Both the position numbers and the translations under genes were made by a program. From Octopus bimaculoides (Eukaryota), in NCBI RefSeq assembly GCF_001194135.2, contig NC_068981.1, positions 176,714,682 through 176,778,681 on the forward strand: a DNA stretch of 64,000 nt, in the 5' to 3' direction. Positions 61,517-64,000 of this stretch are shown here, piece after piece. The notes under the pieces were generated by a model that was given only the letters and a program-made list of their open reading frames with translations, was not told the origin of the DNA and did not search any database. Each line of letters begins with the position of its first letter. Positions within the stretch are counted from its first letter, which is position 1.

Positions 61517-61730
61517 CTCTCTTTTACTCTTTACTCATCCTCTTGTTTCAGTCATTTGACTGCGGCCATGCTGAAGCACCGCCTTTAGTCAAGCAAATCG
61601 ACCCCAGGACTTATTCTTTGTAAGCCTAGTACTTATTCTATCAGTGTCTTTTGTCAAACCGCTAAGTTATGGGGATGTAAACACACTACCATCAGTTGTC
61701 AAGCAATGTTGGGGGGACAAACACAGACAC
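61517..61730 (-). mobile_element. SINE-A 3' half
   Basis: ctcttttactctttac...gtttcagtcatttgactgcggccatgctg. Confidence 0.85.
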
Positions 61731-61747
61731 ACATATATATATATATA

Positions 61748-62140
61748 TCATCATCATCATCATCATCGTTTAACGTCTGCTTTCCATGCTAGCATGGGTT
61801 GGACGATTTGACTGAGGACTGGTGAAACCGGATGGCTACACCAGGCTCCAATCCAATTTGGCAGAGTTTCTACAGCTGGATGCCCTTCCTAACGCTAACC
61901 ACTCAGAGAGTGTAGTGGGTGCTTCTACGTGTCACCCGCACGAAGGCCAGTCAGGCGATACTGGCAACGGCCACGCTCGAAATGGTGTCTTTTATATGCC
62001 ACCCACACAAGAGCCAGTCCAGGGGCACTGGCAACGATCTCACTTGGCTTGCCGGGTCTTCTCATGCACAGCACATTTCCAAAGGTCTCGGTCAGTAGTC
62101 ATCGCCTCGGTGAGGCCCAATGTTCGAAGGTCTTGCCTCA
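61748..62140 (-). mobile_element. RTE LINE 3' end: last 32 codons of ORF2, modular 3'UTR and (GAT)n tail, inserted in (TA)n
   Basis: Minus frame 62138->62043 RQDLRTLGLTEAMTTDRDLWKCAVHEKTRQAK, stop at 62042-62040, then the UTR modules. Confidence 0.88.
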
Positions 62141-62304
62141 TATATATATATATATATATACATATATACGACATGGTGGATGCGGAAGTATCCACTTTGG
62201 CACATGTGTGCATTGTCACCTCTCCTTTCCATAATTTGTATGAACTGAATTGTACAGCTGTTGTGGAAGTGTGGTCACAATCAGTGGGTGTAGGATCAGT
62301 TAGC

Positions 62305-63075
62305 TGATATTTGCAGGTGACATGATGTTACTTAGCTTATCAGGTGAATTTGGCATGCACTGAATGAGTTTGCTGCCAATCGCTGCAATGCAGAGTTGAG
62401 AATTAGTACTGCAAAGACTGAGACATTGGTCCTCTCAAGAAAGTCTTTTCAATGCACTCTGATATTAGTGGAATATCACTGAAACAAGTGGAGAAGCTTA
62501 AGTATCTCAGGGCCATATTCACAAGTCACAGAAAGCAAGAGGTTGAATTAGATGTTATATTTGCAAGTTCAGCATTCAGTCATCAGAAGAAAGGAGTTTG
62601 GTGAAAGATAAAAAAACCAGCCTTGCTCCCTTCAATTCAATTTTTATGCCCTTCTTCACCTATGGTCACAAATGATGGTAGCAACCGTAAGAGTATGATC
62701 ATGAGTACAAGTAGCCAAAATGGGATTCCCCAAAGGATCTCTGAAATAATATTACTCGATAAGGCACACAGCTCTGAGATCAAGGACTCTTTCCAGGTCA
62801 AGCTACATCTTCTCCACATTGATAGGTCACAGCTCCAGTCTTATGGGTTAGACTGTTGCAGGGAAGGATTGCAAGAACAATTCTTCAAGCCAAGCCAACC
62901 AGCAGGAGACCTAGAGGTAGACCAAGAATGAGATGGTCTCAGTTGATCAAACTTGGTCATAGTTTCAGTTGGTCATGCTTGGGAATCTAACCAGAAATTC
63001 TAATGGTGGTTGCTTCTGATAGAACCCAATGACAGGGTGCTTAAGGACTCTATCTCCATCTCCCTCCTGGGAATA
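62305..63075 (+). mobile_element. Degraded RTE-clade LINE of Expander/Rex3-like type (late RT and C-terminus)
   Basis: LNEFAANRCNAELRISTAKTETLVLSRK, LKQVEKLKYL..IFTS, TYGH, LLHIDRSQL, RRPRGRPRMRW, with stops and frameshifts. Confidence 0.82.
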
Positions 63076-64000
63076 GCAAGCAGAGAAGATGGTTGGTCAT
63101 ATTGTTGGCTGGAGATAATTAAAACCATGTAATTTTAAAACAGCCCTTCATTTCAGTTAAACTTTTGTGACTTATAATGTATTCAGTTACATATAGCCTT
63201 GAAAATTTTTTTTAATATCCAGTTGCTTTGATCAAAAAAGTTTGGAAAATGATTTTTCCTTAATTATAGATAGTAAATAAATTTCACTACAATAATTTGT
63301 CATCTGTATATGTATGTGTGAATTTAAGCATAAATCAAATTTAGGAAGAGTAGATAGGCCTTTCTGATGTTCTGTGTAAGTTTATGAGCAATATAATGGT
63401 ATAATGCTTCCAAATGGAATTCTTTTAGTTCATTTTAGCTATCACAGCCAAGGCCATGTTGGTACATGTAGAGTTTGCTGATCTCAGATTTAATTTTCTA
63501 AGAACTTATATCAGATGCTGGTGGCTACCTTATTTTGTTAAATAATGGTGAATTATAGAAGTTAAGTGAATAAAGTACTAGACTTTCTGCTGAAATGTTG
63601 AAACCTAAAATTGAGGCCTACATCAGGCACTGATTATGCTTTGATTAAAATGCTAAACTAATCATTTATCACTAAATTGAGAGCAGACCAAATGAATAAT
63701 TTGTCAATACTCTAAAGTTGTTAGAAATTGCTGAGTAATTTGGTAGTTTCTTTCATACAAGAACAAATGAGCATCAAATGATGTTACACACTGAGAGATC
63801 AAATTAATGGATCATCTCACCTGTGTGACGAGATCCATATGTGACTTGCATATGTATTTGCTTAAATATAAAGCATTGATCAACCAATGAATCAATCAAT
63901 AAGTTAAAATTTTATTTTTTATTTATTTATTTATGTATTTATTTAGAGACAACCTTTGTGATGATAGGTTCAGCTCCTCTCCTGTAACTTGTTTCAGAAA

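Overview
AT-rich, repeat-dense animal genomic DNA from a draft assembly (17 N-gaps, about 4.5 kb by manual count). The repeat families look like those of octopus; this taxon call is recognition/inference, not a database result. No complete host gene, rRNA, true tRNA gene or CRISPR array is supportable, and almost every ORF in the supplied track is a microsatellite or N-gap artefact. The window contains: (i) RTE-clade LINE fragments of several ages, including an open 119-codon RT segment at the left edge that the ORF track missed, plus many 5'-truncated copies that keep only the modular 3'UTR and (GAT)n tail; (ii) at least five SINE-like families, some nested; (iii) MITEs or relics of mariner, pogo-like, hAT, piggyBac-like and Merlin-like transposons; (iv) two probable Penelope-like (PLE) families. 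One carries recognisable minimal hammerhead-ribozyme relics (two copies); the other forms a near-perfect 180-bp fold-back palindrome whose junction holds the 3' half of a hammerhead motif; (v) long simple-repeat arrays; and (vi) several low-confidence candidate exons on both strands that cannot be assigned to a known gene. Family names SINE-A to SINE-E and RTE-UTR are local labels. All alignments were done by eye, so boundaries of degraded elements are approximate.
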